A stretch of DNA of 32,000 nt from an uncultured Chloroflexia bacterium (GCA_963704755.1 OY969938.1:2760001-2792000), one strand, 5' to 3'. Shown: positions 8,330 through 17,925, numbered from the stretch's first letter. Numbers and translations: made by a program. Notes: a model not told the origin generated them from the letters alone.

Positions 8330-9420
8330 TGATTATTATGCGCAGCGACGCCACACCCGAGCAGGTGAAGGACGTCGTTGCAAAAGTCGAAGCCAACGGG
8401 CTCAAAGTCCATATCTCGCAGGGGAGCGAGCGGGTGATTATCGGCGCTATCGGTGACGGGCGACCGGTGGTCAAAGACCAGTTCACTTTATTGACCGGCG
8501 TGGACCGGGTGGTGCCGATCTCGCGGCCCTACAAGCTGGCCTCACTCGAGTTCCAGCCGGCCAAGACCAGCTTCCAGGTTGGCCCGGCCACCTTCGGCGG
8601 CGATCAGATCGTGCTGGTCGCCGGGCCGTGCTCGGTGGAGAGCCGCAGCCAGTTGCTCGAGACCGCCCAGGCCGTCATGGAGGCCGGCGCGCACGTGCTG
8701 CGCGGCGGGGCCTACAAACCGCGCACTTCCCCCTACAGCTTTCAGGGATTGGGCGAGGAAGGCCTGGAACTGCTGGCCGAAGCCCGCGAAGTGACCGGCA
8801 TGCCGGTGGTGACCGAGGTCCTGGCGCCCGAACAGGTCTGCATGGTGGCCGAATACGCCGACATGCTCCAAATTGGTGCCCGCAATATGCAGAACTTCGC
8901 CCTGCTGCACGCCGCCGGCGAGTCGCAGCACCCGGTGCTGCTCAAACGCGGCATGAGCGCCACGGTCGAAGAGCTGCTGATGGCGGCCGAGTATATCCTC
9001 TCGCACGGCAACCGCCGGGTAGCATTGTGCGAGCGCGGCATCCGCACCTTCGAGACCGCCACCCGCAACACCACCGATATCAACGCCGTGCCGGTTTTGC
9101 AATCGCTCACCCACCTGCCGGTGATGGTCGATCCCAGCCACAGCACCGGGGCCTGGCAGTACGTCGCGCCGGTCGCACGGGCGGGTATCGCTGCCGGAGC
9201 CGATGGGCTGATCATTGAAGTCCATCCCCACCCGGACGAGGCCCTTTCGGATGGCGGGCAGAGCTTGAAGCCGGAGCGTTACGCCGAGCTGGTCGCCCAG
9301 GTGCGCGCCATCGCCGACGCGCTAGGACGGCGGGTGGCCCCGCCCTTGCGGTCCCCGTTACCTGAACCGGCTCCTGGAGAAATGGATCCCAACAATGGTT
9401 GGCAGCCAGACCTTGCCTGA
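8326..9420 (+). CDS. aroF: 3-deoxy-7-phosphoheptulonate (DAHP) synthase, type I-beta, with an N-terminal ferredoxin-like/ACT-like regulatory domain
   Basis: 364 aa. AGGAGG RBS 5 nt upstream. Core motifs are [26 protein letters not shown] and DPSH. An N-terminal extension of about 75 aa resembles that of Thermotoga-type DAHPS. Confidence 0.93.
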   Translation: MMIIMRSDATPEQVKDVVAKVEANGLKVHISQGSERVIIGAIGDGRPVVKDQFTLLTGVDRVVPISRPYKLASLEFQPAKTSFQVGPATFGGDQIVLVAGPCSVESRSQLLETAQAVMEAGAHVLRGGAYKPRTSPYSFQGLGEEGLELLAEAREVTGMPVVTEVLAPEQVCMVAEYADMLQIGARNMQNFALLHAAGESQHPVLLKRGMSATVEELLMAAEYILSHGNRRVALCERGIRTFETATRNTTDINAVPVLQSLTHLPVMVDPSHSTGAWQYVAPVARAGIAAGADGLIIEVHPHPDEALSDGGQSLKPERYAELVAQVRAIADALGRRVAPPLRSPLPEPAPGEMDPNNGWQPDLA

Positions 9421-10282
9421 GCATCTGGCCGACTGTACTACCGCCATCGTTGGGCTGGGCCTGATGGGCGGTTCGCTGGCCCTGGCACTGCGCGGGCGCT
9501 GCCGGCGTCTGTTGGGCATCGACCCGGACACGGCCACCCTGACCCTGGCTGAAAAGATGTACCTGGCCGACGAACTGGAACCGCAATCAGGAGACCTGCT
9601 CGAGCAGGCTGACCTGATCGTGCTGGCCGCGCCGGTAGAAGTGATTTTGGCCCTGCTGGGTGAACTGCCCCGCCTGCACGGCGGACCGGCCGTGGTGCTG
9701 GACCTGGGCTCGACCAAGTTCCAGATCTGCGCCGCCATGGACGCCCTGCCCGAACGATTCGAGGCGGTCGGCGGCCATCCCATGGGCGGCAAGGAACGCT
9801 CTTCGCTGCGCGAGGCCCAGGCCGAGATTTACCATGAGGCGCCGTTCGCGCTGGTGCGCACCCGCCGCAGCACGCCGCGCGCCTGCCGTCTGGCCGAAGA
9901 GCTGGCCAGCGCGGCCGACGCCTGCCCGTTGTGGCTGGATGCCGAGACCCACGATCGCTGGACGGCGGGCACCAGCCACCTGCCGTACCTGGCCGCCAAC
10001 GCGCTGGCAGCCATTACCCCGGTGGAAGCGGCTCCGCTGGTCGGACCGGGTTTTCGCAGCACTACCCGTGTGGCCACCACCCCCGTCGAGGTCATGCTGG
10101 ATATCCTCCGGACCAACCGTGAAAATGTGCTGACCGGCCTGGCCGAGCTGCGCGGCCGGCTGGACCTGCTGGAAAGCCTGCTGGCGGACGAGCGTTACGG
10201 CGAGCTGGCCGGCGCGCTGACCGAAGGGGCCGATCACTGCCGGGCGCTGCTGCAAACCGGGCGGATTGTGAGGGAGCCATGA
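9395..10282 (+). CDS. tyrA: Prephenate dehydrogenase
   Basis: 295 aa with a GLGLMGGS Rossmann motif and GGHPMGG. Its start overlaps the DAHPS tail by 26 nt, so the start is moderately uncertain. Confidence 0.88.
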   Translation: MVGSQTLPEHLADCTTAIVGLGLMGGSLALALRGRCRRLLGIDPDTATLTLAEKMYLADELEPQSGDLLEQADLIVLAAPVEVILALLGELPRLHGGPAVVLDLGSTKFQICAAMDALPERFEAVGGHPMGGKERSSLREAQAEIYHEAPFALVRTRRSTPRACRLAEELASAADACPLWLDAETHDRWTAGTSHLPYLAANALAAITPVEAAPLVGPGFRSTTRVATTPVEVMLDILRTNRENVLTGLAELRGRLDLLESLLADERYGELAGALTEGADHCRALLQTGRIVREP

Positions 10283-11613
10283 GCATCCTGCGCGTCGTTC
10301 CGGGCTACCCGCTGCGCGGCACGGCCAGCCTGCCGGGAGATAAGTCGATCTCCCACCGGGCGGCCCTGTTCGCCGCCATCGCCAATGGCGAAAGCCGTAT
10401 TGGTCACTTCCTGCAATCGGGCGTGACGGCGGCCATGCTGCGCGGGCTGACCGGCCTGGGCGTGGATTGGTCGCTGGAAGGGGATTGCCTGCGTGTGCAC
10501 GGCCGTGGCCTGGGCGCCTGGCAGACCCCGTCACAGCCGCTGGACTGCGGCAATTCGGCCACCACCCTGCGCCTGCTGACCGGCGCGGTCGCTGCGGCCG
10601 GCATCTCGGCCGTTTTGGACGGCTCGGATGGACTGCGCCGCCGGCCGATGGGGCGCATTTGCGAGCCGCTGCGCAGCATGGGCGTGCCCATCCAGGCGGC
10701 GGCGGGCGATTGTGCGCCTCTGAGCCTCTCGGCTCGCCCGGCCGGTACGGAACTGCGCGCAGCGATTCACGTTTTGCCGGTGGCCAGCGCCCAGGTCAAG
10801 TCCTGCCTGATGCTGGCCGGTCTGGCTGCGCCGGGTACCACTACCATCGTCGAGCCGGGCCGCTCGCGCGACCACAGCGAGCGTATGTTGAGCGCCATGG
10901 GCGCCGAGGTCCACAGCGGGCCGGCCGATAATGCCCCTGGCTGGCAAATAACCCTCCGCCCACCGGCTGCCGGCCTGGCTCCGCTGGACCTGGACGTGCC
11001 GGGCGACTTCTCGGCGGCGGCTTTTTTGATCGTGGCGGCTCTGGTCACGCCCGGCTCGGACCTGCTGATCGAGGGCGTAGACCTCAACCCCACCCGCACC
11101 GGCCTGCTGGAGGTGCTGATCGAAATGGGCGGAAAGATCGACGTGCTCGACCGGCGCGAACAGGCCGGTGAGCCGGTCGCGAACCTGCGCGTGCGGGCCA
11201 GCCGGCTCCAGGCCGGCCAGGTCTGCGGCCAGCGGGTGGTCGATATGATCGACGAATTCCCCATTTTCGGCGTGGCCGCGGCTTACGCTCACGGGGCCAG
11301 CCGGGTCTGGGAAGCCGGCGAGCTGCGTTACAAAGAATTGGACCGCATCAGCAGCCTGTGCGCCGAATTGGCCGGGCTGGGGGCGCCGGTCGAGGAAGCC
11401 CCGGACGGGTTCACCGTCCACGGGCAGGGCAGGCTGCCGGGCGGCGCTTGCGGCAGCGCCCACGGCGATCACCGCCTGGCCATGTCACTGGCCGTGGCCG
11501 GCCTGGCTGCCCAGGCCCCGGTCGAAGTGCAAGGCGCCGAAATGATTGGCGAATCCTTCCCGGGGTTTGTGGAAGGACTGGCCGCTCTCGGAGCGAAGGT
11601 GGAGGTGATATGA
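10279..11613 (+). CDS. aroA: 3-phosphoshikimate 1-carboxyvinyltransferase (EPSP synthase)
   Basis: 444 aa with the LPGDKSISHRAALFAA motif. ATGA overlap with the tyrA stop. GAGGGAG RBS. Confidence 0.95.
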   Translation: MSILRVVPGYPLRGTASLPGDKSISHRAALFAAIANGESRIGHFLQSGVTAAMLRGLTGLGVDWSLEGDCLRVHGRGLGAWQTPSQPLDCGNSATTLRLLTGAVAAAGISAVLDGSDGLRRRPMGRICEPLRSMGVPIQAAAGDCAPLSLSARPAGTELRAAIHVLPVASAQVKSCLMLAGLAAPGTTTIVEPGRSRDHSERMLSAMGAEVHSGPADNAPGWQITLRPPAAGLAPLDLDVPGDFSAAAFLIVAALVTPGSDLLIEGVDLNPTRTGLLEVLIEMGGKIDVLDRREQAGEPVANLRVRASRLQAGQVCGQRVVDMIDEFPIFGVAAAYAHGASRVWEAGELRYKELDRISSLCAELAGLGAPVEEAPDGFTVHGQGRLPGGACGSAHGDHRLAMSLAVAGLAAQAPVEVQGAEMIGESFPGFVEGLAALGAKVEVI

Positions 11614-11619
11614 AGGCCG

Positions 11620-11815
11620 TTTGCCCTCATCCCCCGGCCCCTTCCCCCAGAACGGGGGAAGGAGAGAAAGACGCATTTCTTTTGTCTTTCCCTCGTTGCC
11701 TGATCGACTTCTCACTATTCTCTACTCTCTACTCTCTACTTTCCATCCTCTTTTCCTCGTCGCCTTCTTGCCTTGTTGCCTTTCCCCCTTCTTCCAACTT
11801 TTTACCTTCTTCTTG
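11620..11815. repeat. Repeat insertion inside the aro operon (inverted hairpin+CCCTCATCCCC unit, then a CT-rich low-complexity tract)
   Basis: GCCCTCATCCCCCGGCCCCTTCCCCCAGAACGGGGGAAGG (about 11626-11668) is the inverted form of the hairpin+GGTTGGGGTGAGGG family. The tract CCCTCGTTGCCT...TCTACTCTCTACTCTCTAC...GCCTTGTTGCC resembles 6368-6450. Confidence 0.65.
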
Positions 11816-11822
11816 AGGCATT

Positions 11823-12698
11823 ATGAAACGTTATTTGAATTTAGGATTAATTGGTTATCCGCTCGAACATAGCCTGTCGCCACGGCTGCACCAGGCAGCT
11901 ATGCGCGCAACCGGCCTGGCCGGTGAATATCACCTTTACCCGGTGCCGCCGGTGCCCCAGGGCACGGCCGGCCTGGTGGGATTGGTCGCGCGCCTGCGCA
12001 GCGGTGAGATCGACGGGCTGAACGTGACCATCCCGCACAAGCAGTCCATCCTGCCGCTGCTGGACCGGCTCAGCCCCACCGCCGAGCAGATCGGCGCGGT
12101 CAACACCCTGTACCTCCAGGACGGGCGCGTGACCGGCGATAACACCGACGCGGCCGGTTTCTGGACGGACCTGAAAAATCAGGCCGGCGCCGCTGAGTTG
12201 AACGGCGGCCGCGCCCATCGGGCCCTGGTGCTGGGCGCCGGCGGAGCCGCTCGCGCGGTGGTGTATGCCCTCGCGCAAGCCGGCTGGCAGGTGACCCTGG
12301 CCGCTCGCCGGACCGGCCAGGCCGAAGAACTGCTGGACAGCCTGGGCATCCATGGCCAGGTCGTATCCCTCGACCCGGCCGGGTTGGTCACCGTCGACCA
12401 GATCGATGCGCTGGTCAACGCCACCCCGCTGGGCATGACCCCGCGAGTCGCGGCCTGCCCCTGGCCTGAGCAGTTGGAACTCCCGGCCGGCGCGATTGTA
12501 TACGACCTGGTCTATAACCCCCAGGAAACCCGCCTGCTGGCACGGGCTCGTTCGGCCGGGCTGCGCGCTTTCAGCGGGGTGGGGATGCTGGTCGAACAGG
12601 CCGCCCTGGCGTTCCAATGCTGGACCGGCCTGGATGCGCCTCGCCCGGCGCTCTGGCAGGGCCTGCAAACTGCACTGTCTCAAAAGGCGGCCGTGTAA
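11823..12698 (+). CDS. aroE: Shikimate dehydrogenase
   Basis: 291 aa with NVTIPHK and GAGGAARA motifs. Its TAA shares one base with the aroC ATG (TAATG). Confidence 0.93.
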   Translation: MKRYLNLGLIGYPLEHSLSPRLHQAAMRATGLAGEYHLYPVPPVPQGTAGLVGLVARLRSGEIDGLNVTIPHKQSILPLLDRLSPTAEQIGAVNTLYLQDGRVTGDNTDAAGFWTDLKNQAGAAELNGGRAHRALVLGAGGAARAVVYALAQAGWQVTLAARRTGQAEELLDSLGIHGQVVSLDPAGLVTVDQIDALVNATPLGMTPRVAACPWPEQLELPAGAIVYDLVYNPQETRLLARARSAGLRAFSGVGMLVEQAALAFQCWTGLDAPRPALWQGLQTALSQKAAV

Positions 12699-13882
12699 TG
12701 ACCCTGCGTTTCCTCACCGCGGGTGAATCACACGGCCCGGGGCTGACCGCCATCCTGGAGGGCCTGCCGGCCGGGCTGCGCCTGGATGAAGCCGCCATCA
12801 ATGCCGACCTAGCCCGCCGCCAGAAAGGCCTGGGAGCCGGTCCGCGCATGAAGCTGGAGAGCGACCAGGCCCAGGCGCTTTCGGGGGTGATGGAAGGGCT
12901 GACCACCGGCGCGCCCCTGGCGCTGTTCATCCGGAACCGCGACCACGCCCGCTGGCAGGGCCGGGAGATCGAGGAATTCACCATCCCGCGCCCGGGCCAC
13001 GCCGACCTGAGCGGGGCGCTCAAGTACGGCTATGCCGACCTGCGCCCGGCCCTGGAACGGGCCTCGGCCCGTGAGACGGCCGCGCGGGTGGCTGTGGGTG
13101 CGGTCTGCCGCCAGTTTCTGGCCGGGTTTGGCATCCAGGTCGGCGGGTACGTCGTCTCGATCGGCGAAATCGACGCTGATTTGGCGGGCATCCCCCTGGC
13201 CGAGCGCCACGCCCGTTCGCTGGAGAACGAGGTGCACTGCCCCGATCCGGCCGCGGCCGAGGCCATGCAAGCCCGTATCCGCCAGGTGATGCAGGAGCGC
13301 GATACCCTGGGCGGGATAATCGAGGTGCTGGCGCTGGGCCTGCCGGCCGGGCTGGGCTCCTTCGTCCAGTGGGACCGCCGCCTGGATGCCCAACTGTCCG
13401 CCGCTTTGATGAGCGTGCAGGCTATCAAAGGCGTCGAGATCGGCCCGGCCTTCGCGAACGCCCGTTTACCCGGCACCCAGGTGCAGGATGCCATCCGTCT
13501 TCAAGGGCAGACGCTGGTGCGCGAAAGCGACCGCTCCGGCGGGCTGGAGGGTGGGGTGACCACCGGCCAGCCACTGCTGCTGCGGGCGGCCATGAAGCCG
13601 ATCGCCACCACCCTGACTCCCCAGCGCTCGGTGGACCTGGCCAGTGGGGAAGAAGTGGCCACCCGCTACGAGCGCTCCGATTTTTGCCCGGTCCCGCGCG
13701 CGGTCGTGATTCTGGAAGCCATGATGGCCTTCGTGTTGGCCAATGCCCTGCTGGAAAAGCTGGGCGGCGATTCGCTGGCCGAGATGCAGCCGCGTTTTGC
13801 CGCGCTGCGCCAGGCGCGCCTGGCCGATCTGCCCATGGACGGTCACGGCCACCCGTTTTGGCCGGTCGGGGGTGAGGCATGA
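12698..13882 (+). CDS. aroC: Chorismate synthase
   Basis: ORF 12617..13882 trimmed to ATG 12698, giving the canonical N-terminus MTLRFLTAGESHGPGL. RSDFCPVPRA motif near the C-terminus. Confidence 0.93.
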   Translation: MTLRFLTAGESHGPGLTAILEGLPAGLRLDEAAINADLARRQKGLGAGPRMKLESDQAQALSGVMEGLTTGAPLALFIRNRDHARWQGREIEEFTIPRPGHADLSGALKYGYADLRPALERASARETAARVAVGAVCRQFLAGFGIQVGGYVVSIGEIDADLAGIPLAERHARSLENEVHCPDPAAAEAMQARIRQVMQERDTLGGIIEVLALGLPAGLGSFVQWDRRLDAQLSAALMSVQAIKGVEIGPAFANARLPGTQVQDAIRLQGQTLVRESDRSGGLEGGVTTGQPLLLRAAMKPIATTLTPQRSVDLASGEEVATRYERSDFCPVPRAVVILEAMMAFVLANALLEKLGGDSLAEMQPRFAALRQARLADLPMDGHGHPFWPVGGEA

Positions 13883-15456
13883 GCCCTTCGCGCTCCTTTT
13901 TGTTCCTCTACGGGCCCTCCGGGGCGGGCAAGAGCAGCCTGGGCGCCCGGCTGGCTGAGCGCCTGCACCTGCCGTTCTATGACCTGGACCACCTGATCGA
14001 GCAGTCTGCCGGCCGGAGCATCCCCGAGTTGTTCGCTGGCCAGGGTGAGGCGGCCTTCCGCGCCCTGGAGAGCCGCGAACTGCGGGATGTATTGGCCCGT
14101 CCGTCCGGGGTGGTCGCCCTGGGCGGCGGAGCGCTGCTCGACCCGGCCAACCGCGACCTGGCCGAAAGCGCCGGGCGGGTATTGCGCCTGGCGGCCCCGC
14201 TCGAGGTGCTGGCCGGGCGCCTGGACCGTCATCGCGAGGTTCGTCCGCTGCTGGCCGGCGCTGCCGGGACGGGCCGCCCAGCAGCCGGCCTGGCAGCGCT
14301 GCTGGAACAGCGCGCCGGGCATTATGCCTCGTTTACCAATGGTTTGGATACCTCCTCCGGCACAATCGAAGACCTGCTGCCGGCCGCCCTGCAGGCGCTG
14401 GGCGCATTTTTCGTCGAGGGCATGGGCGCTCCCTATCCGGTGCGGGTCATCCCCGGCGGGTTGGATCACCTGGGCGGCTTGCTGGCTGAGCTGGGGTTAA
14501 AAGGACCACTCGGCCTGGTCTGTGACGACCACACTGCCCCATTGTACGCTGAGCGGGTGCTTGCATCGCTGCGTATAGCCGATTACACGGCCAGCCTGAT
14601 CACCATCCCCAGCGGCGAAGAGCACAAAACCATCCAGACCGTGGGCGCGATCTGGGCCGGGCTGGTCGCGGCCGGGCTGGAGCGCGGCAGCACCCTGGTA
14701 TCCCTGGGCGGCGGCGTGACCAACGACCTGGCCGGCTTTGCCGCGGCTACCTTCCTGCGCGGCATGGGCTGGGTCACTCTGCCGACCTCGCTGCTGGCCA
14801 TGGTGGATGCCAGCCTGGGCGGCAAGACCGGCGCAGACCTGCCCCAGGGCAAGAATCTGATCGGCGCCTTCCACTCGCCGGCGCTGGTGCTGGCCGATCC
14901 GCAAGCGCTGGCCAGCCTGCCCGTGGCCGAATTGCGCAGCGGCATGGCCGAGGTGGTCAAGCACGGCGTGATCGGCGACCCGGGCCTGTTCGAACTGTGC
15001 CGGGCCGGCCTGCCCCAGGATGAGGCCGGTTGGGATGAGCTGGTCCGGCGGGCCATGGCGGTCAAGGTCGCCGTCATCCAGGCCGACCCGTACGAGCGCG
15101 GCCTGCGGGCAGCGCTCAACCTGGGCCACACCATCGGCCACGGGGTGGAAAAAGCCAGCGGTTATAACCTGCGCCACGGCGAGGCGGTCGGCATTGGCAT
15201 GCTGGCCGAGGCGCGCCTGTCCGAGCGGTTGGGCTTGGCCACGCCCGGCCTGGCCGGGCAGATCGCGGTCGTGCTGGACGGGTTGGGCCTGCCCACCCGC
15301 ATCCCGGCCGAGCTGGACCGCGCGGCGATTTTACAGGCCATGCGCCTGGACAAGAAACGCAGCGATGGGAAAATCCGCTTCAGCCTGCCGGTGCGGGTCG
15401 GCGAGGTTAAGGTCGGGGTGGCCATCGACCTGGACGAATCGATTCTGGAGGGGTAA
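13879..15456 (+). CDS. aroK/aroB: Bifunctional shikimate kinase / 3-dehydroquinate synthase fusion
   Basis: 525 aa. The N-terminal 160 aa or so carry Walker A (GPSGAGKS) and shikimate-kinase-like sequence. The remainder is DHQ synthase (GGGVTNDLAGFAAATFLRG, LGHTIGHGVE). ATGA overlap with aroC. Confidence 0.92.
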   Translation: MSPSRSFLFLYGPSGAGKSSLGARLAERLHLPFYDLDHLIEQSAGRSIPELFAGQGEAAFRALESRELRDVLARPSGVVALGGGALLDPANRDLAESAGRVLRLAAPLEVLAGRLDRHREVRPLLAGAAGTGRPAAGLAALLEQRAGHYASFTNGLDTSSGTIEDLLPAALQALGAFFVEGMGAPYPVRVIPGGLDHLGGLLAELGLKGPLGLVCDDHTAPLYAERVLASLRIADYTASLITIPSGEEHKTIQTVGAIWAGLVAAGLERGSTLVSLGGGVTNDLAGFAAATFLRGMGWVTLPTSLLAMVDASLGGKTGADLPQGKNLIGAFHSPALVLADPQALASLPVAELRSGMAEVVKHGVIGDPGLFELCRAGLPQDEAGWDELVRRAMAVKVAVIQADPYERGLRAALNLGHTIGHGVEKASGYNLRHGEAVGIGMLAEARLSERLGLATPGLAGQIAVVLDGLGLPTRIPAELDRAAILQAMRLDKKRSDGKIRFSLPVRVGEVKVGVAIDLDESILEG

Positions 15457-15897
15457 ATGAGCAATGCGGTACTGGTCCTGCACGGGCCGAACATGAATCT
15501 GCTGGGCGAGCGTGAGCCGGGGGTTTACGGCCAGGTCAACCTGGCCGAGATCGATGCATGCCTGTGTGCCCTGGGCGAAACCCTGGGCCTGGAGGTGCGC
15601 TGCGCGCAGTCCAACCACGAGGGCGTGCTGATCGACGCCCTGCACGACGCGCGCACCTGGGCCGCCGGGGTGGTCTTTAACCCGGGCGGCTACACCCATA
15701 CCTCGGTCGCCTTGCGCGACGCGGTCGCGGCTATCCACATCCCGGTGGTGGAAGTACATCTTTCCAATACCCAGGCCCGCGACGACTTTCGCCATACCTC
15801 GCTGATCGCCCCGGTCTGCCGCGGCAGCATCGCCGGCTTTGGCTGGTATTCCTATGCCCTGGGGTTGTATGCGATCAAGAACGGATTGGGAGAGTAA
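15457..15897 (+). CDS. aroQ: Type II 3-dehydroquinate dehydratase
   Basis: 146 aa with LHGPNMNLLGEREP, NPGGYTHTS and EVHLSN motifs. It starts immediately after the aroKB stop. Confidence 0.95.
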   Translation: MSNAVLVLHGPNMNLLGEREPGVYGQVNLAEIDACLCALGETLGLEVRCAQSNHEGVLIDALHDARTWAAGVVFNPGGYTHTSVALRDAVAAIHIPVVEVHLSNTQARDDFRHTSLIAPVCRGSIAGFGWYSYALGLYAIKNGLGE

Positions 15898-15899
15898 GG

Positions 15900-16815
15900 G
15901 GTTGGGGAAGTGTTTCAGTTTTAAAGTGATTTGGTGGATCTGTAAAAGAGTGTCGGGTGTCATGTATTGGGTGGCAGTCGTGTAGGTTGGGTTGCGGGCT
16001 CTTTGAGCATATATTCCGCAATCCAAGTGTTTGTCTGTACAGGCCTTGCCCGTAACCCAACGAGGCTTATACGGCTCCAGGCTTTGCCCTCACCCCAACC
16101 CATCTCCCAGTCGTGTAGGTTGGGTTGCGGGCTCTTTGAGTATATTTTTCGTAATCCAAGTGCTTGTCTGTACAGGCCTTGCCCGTAACCCAACATTGTG
16201 TTTGGCGATTGCCATTGTTGGGTTGTGGCAAGGTTTAGATGATCAGAGATCCTGTTTATACCCAAACTCGATGAATGAGCCCGCAACCCAACCTACAAGA
16301 CTTACGAAACCTTGCCCGTAACCCACCATCCGAATATAACGGTGGGTTACTGCGGTGCATCTATTAGCCAGCGTTGAAGAACGGCCTCGGTCTGGAGACC
16401 GGGCCGATCCACTTTGGGCAATCGTTCTTTTAAATAGTAGTTTCTCTTCTTCTCTTTCTTTTCTCTGTGAACTCTGTGTGCTCTGCGGTGAAGCGTTTTT
16501 TCTCCGTGTTCTCCGTGCCTCCGTGGTTTTTTACTCTTTCATAAAACGCTTTTCAACAGGCTTATACGACTCCAGGCTTCGCCCTCACCCCAACCCCTCT
16601 CCCAGAAACGGGAGAGGGGCTAAGAAGGTCATACCCGTAACCCAACAATGGTAATTGCCAAACGCAACGTTGGGTTGCGGGCATGGCCTGAGATGTTACC
16701 CTATCCGGCAATTCGCCGGCGGTTTGGATGAACCCGCAACCCAACCTACAGGTTTTTTCACTGTGGTGAAGCGTTTTTCTCCGTGTTCTCCGTGCCTCCG
16801 TGGTTTTTTACTCTT
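15900..16815. repeat. Dense cluster of nested REP/MITE-like repeats
   Basis: An 87-nt unit is tandemly duplicated at 15975-16061 and 16108-16194 (about 94% identity, 133-bp period). There are at least 10 copies of the core GTTGGGTT(G/A)CGGGC or its complement in both orientations (e.g. 15986, 16048, 16119, 16181, 16279, 16635, 16672, 16736). GGTGAAGCGTTTTTCTCCGTGTTCTCCGTGCCTCCGTGGTTTTTTACTCTTTCATAA occurs twice (about 16487-16550 and 16766-16826). A copy of the 165-207 element sits at 16310-16355. Confidence 0.8.
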
Positions 16816-17925
16816 TCATAAGACATTTTTCAGCAGCGGTATTCTGCGGAAGACAAAATGCGTGGCCGCAAAGCATAACGGTACGCAAACGATGCACATG
16901 ATGATCCACTTGACGACCGGCGTGAAGGTGACCGGGCTGAACCACAGCGTGACCGCGGTCAGGATAACCGGGTGGAACATGTATACGGCAAACGAATTAT
17001 CCGACAGCGTTTTGACCAGCCGGCTCTGCCGGTTCCATTTTTCGCGAAAGACGGCGATCAGCCCGATGGCCATGGCCACCGCTACAAACGATTCCCAGAC
17101 CGCAAACAGCGCACTTTCCCAGGTGAAGCCGCCTAACAGGGCGTCCGTTCCACCCGGAACAAGGCTGGCAGCGATCACCAGGACCAGCCAACTGAACAGG
17201 CCCAGCCCAATCGCGCTGATCAGCCACCATTTCCCGGCCTTATAGCTGATCCGGGCGAACAGGTGATTGCGCGAGGCGAAAATACCCATGGCAAAAAGGA
17301 TAATGTATGAGGCGAAATAACAGAGCTGCATGTTCAGGATATTCGTCCCGATCGGTTGGACGATGCGAATCAGGAAGGCACACACGGCGATAGCCAGGAT
17401 CAGGAGCAAGGCTTTGCGCACGGATAGTTTGAATTGCGGTTGGTCCGCGGCGGGCCGGTGGATCACCAGGCGACCCGCGCCATAGACCAGCGAAAAGATG
17501 AACAGCGCCACCGTGAACCACAGCACCCCGGTGCCCGAAAGGAAGTCGTACAGGTTGTAGCTGCCCGGCCTTTGGCCAAGTTCGACCAGCCCGATGAACG
17601 GGGTAATGACGACCATATAGATCAGCGCAGGGACGATCAGGCGCTTGAACCGTTCTCCGGTAAACTTCCCGAAACCCTTGCGGTCGTAGCTCCCGGCGAC
17701 GAAATAGCCGGAGATCATGAACAGGAAGCCCATGAAATAGGCTTGCTGAAAGGAAAGGTAAAAGGCGAACCAGGCGGTAGTTACCTTGTCGAGCGGCCTG
17801 GTTTCGATGTAGTAAAAACCGCCCAGGCCGCTGTACGTCACGGCCAGGTGGTGCATGACCACAAATATGATCACCAACAGCCGGAGATTATCGATATAAA
17901 AAAGCCGTTCCTTTACTTTTTCCAT
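16816..17925 (-). CDS. Acyltransferase family 3 (OpgC/OafA-like) integral membrane protein
   Basis: Polytopic membrane protein. The N-terminus MEKVKERLFYIDNLRLLVIIFVVMHH is typical of acyltransferase_3 proteins. The longest ORF extends to 17985, but I see no RBS there. GAAGGAAGG precedes ATG 17925. Confidence 0.8.
   Translation of the reverse strand: MEKVKERLFYIDNLRLLVIIFVVMHHLAVTYSGLGGFYYIETRPLDKVTTAWFAFYLSFQQAYFMGFLFMISGYFVAGSYDRKGFGKFTGERFKRLIVPALIYMVVITPFIGLVELGQRPGSYNLYDFLSGTGVLWFTVALFIFSLVYGAGRLVIHRPAADQPQFKLSVRKALLLILAIAVCAFLIRIVQPIGTNILNMQLCYFASYIILFAMGIFASRNHLFARISYKAGKWWLISAIGLGLFSWLVLVIAASLVPGGTDALLGGFTWESALFAVWESFVAVAMAIGLIAVFREKWNRQSRLVKTLSDNSFAVYMFHPVILTAVTLWFSPVTFTPVVKWIIMCIVCVPLCFAATHFVFRRIPLLKNVL

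Noticed and set aside
9330-9420. Possible frameshift in the DAHP synthase tail (Pro-rich 30-aa extension overlapping tyrA)
   Set aside because: No alternative frame gives a better conserved ending. The catalytic core is complete before the tail. I treat it as a natural, poorly conserved C-terminal extension.
8542-16026. Numerous alternative-frame and antisense ORFs across the aro operon (e.g. 9587..10534, 10531..11472, 11847..12683, 13843..14469, 14497..15177, 15331..16026)
   Set aside because: All overlap confidently identified aro genes. Their Arg/Ala/Gly/Pro-rich translations are characteristic of off-frame reading of high-GC coding DNA.
15975-16194. Possible CRISPR array (direct repeats with a spacer)
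   Set aside because: There are only two copies of an 87-nt unit, with a 133-bp period. The 'spacer' is itself a fragment of another repeat family. The units are internally palindromic like REP/MITE elements. No cas genes are nearby.
16031-17245. ORFs 16031..16321, 16355..16654 and 16655..17245 (+)
   Set aside because: The first two are translations of the repeat cluster. The third is repeat sequence running antisense into the acyltransferase gene.
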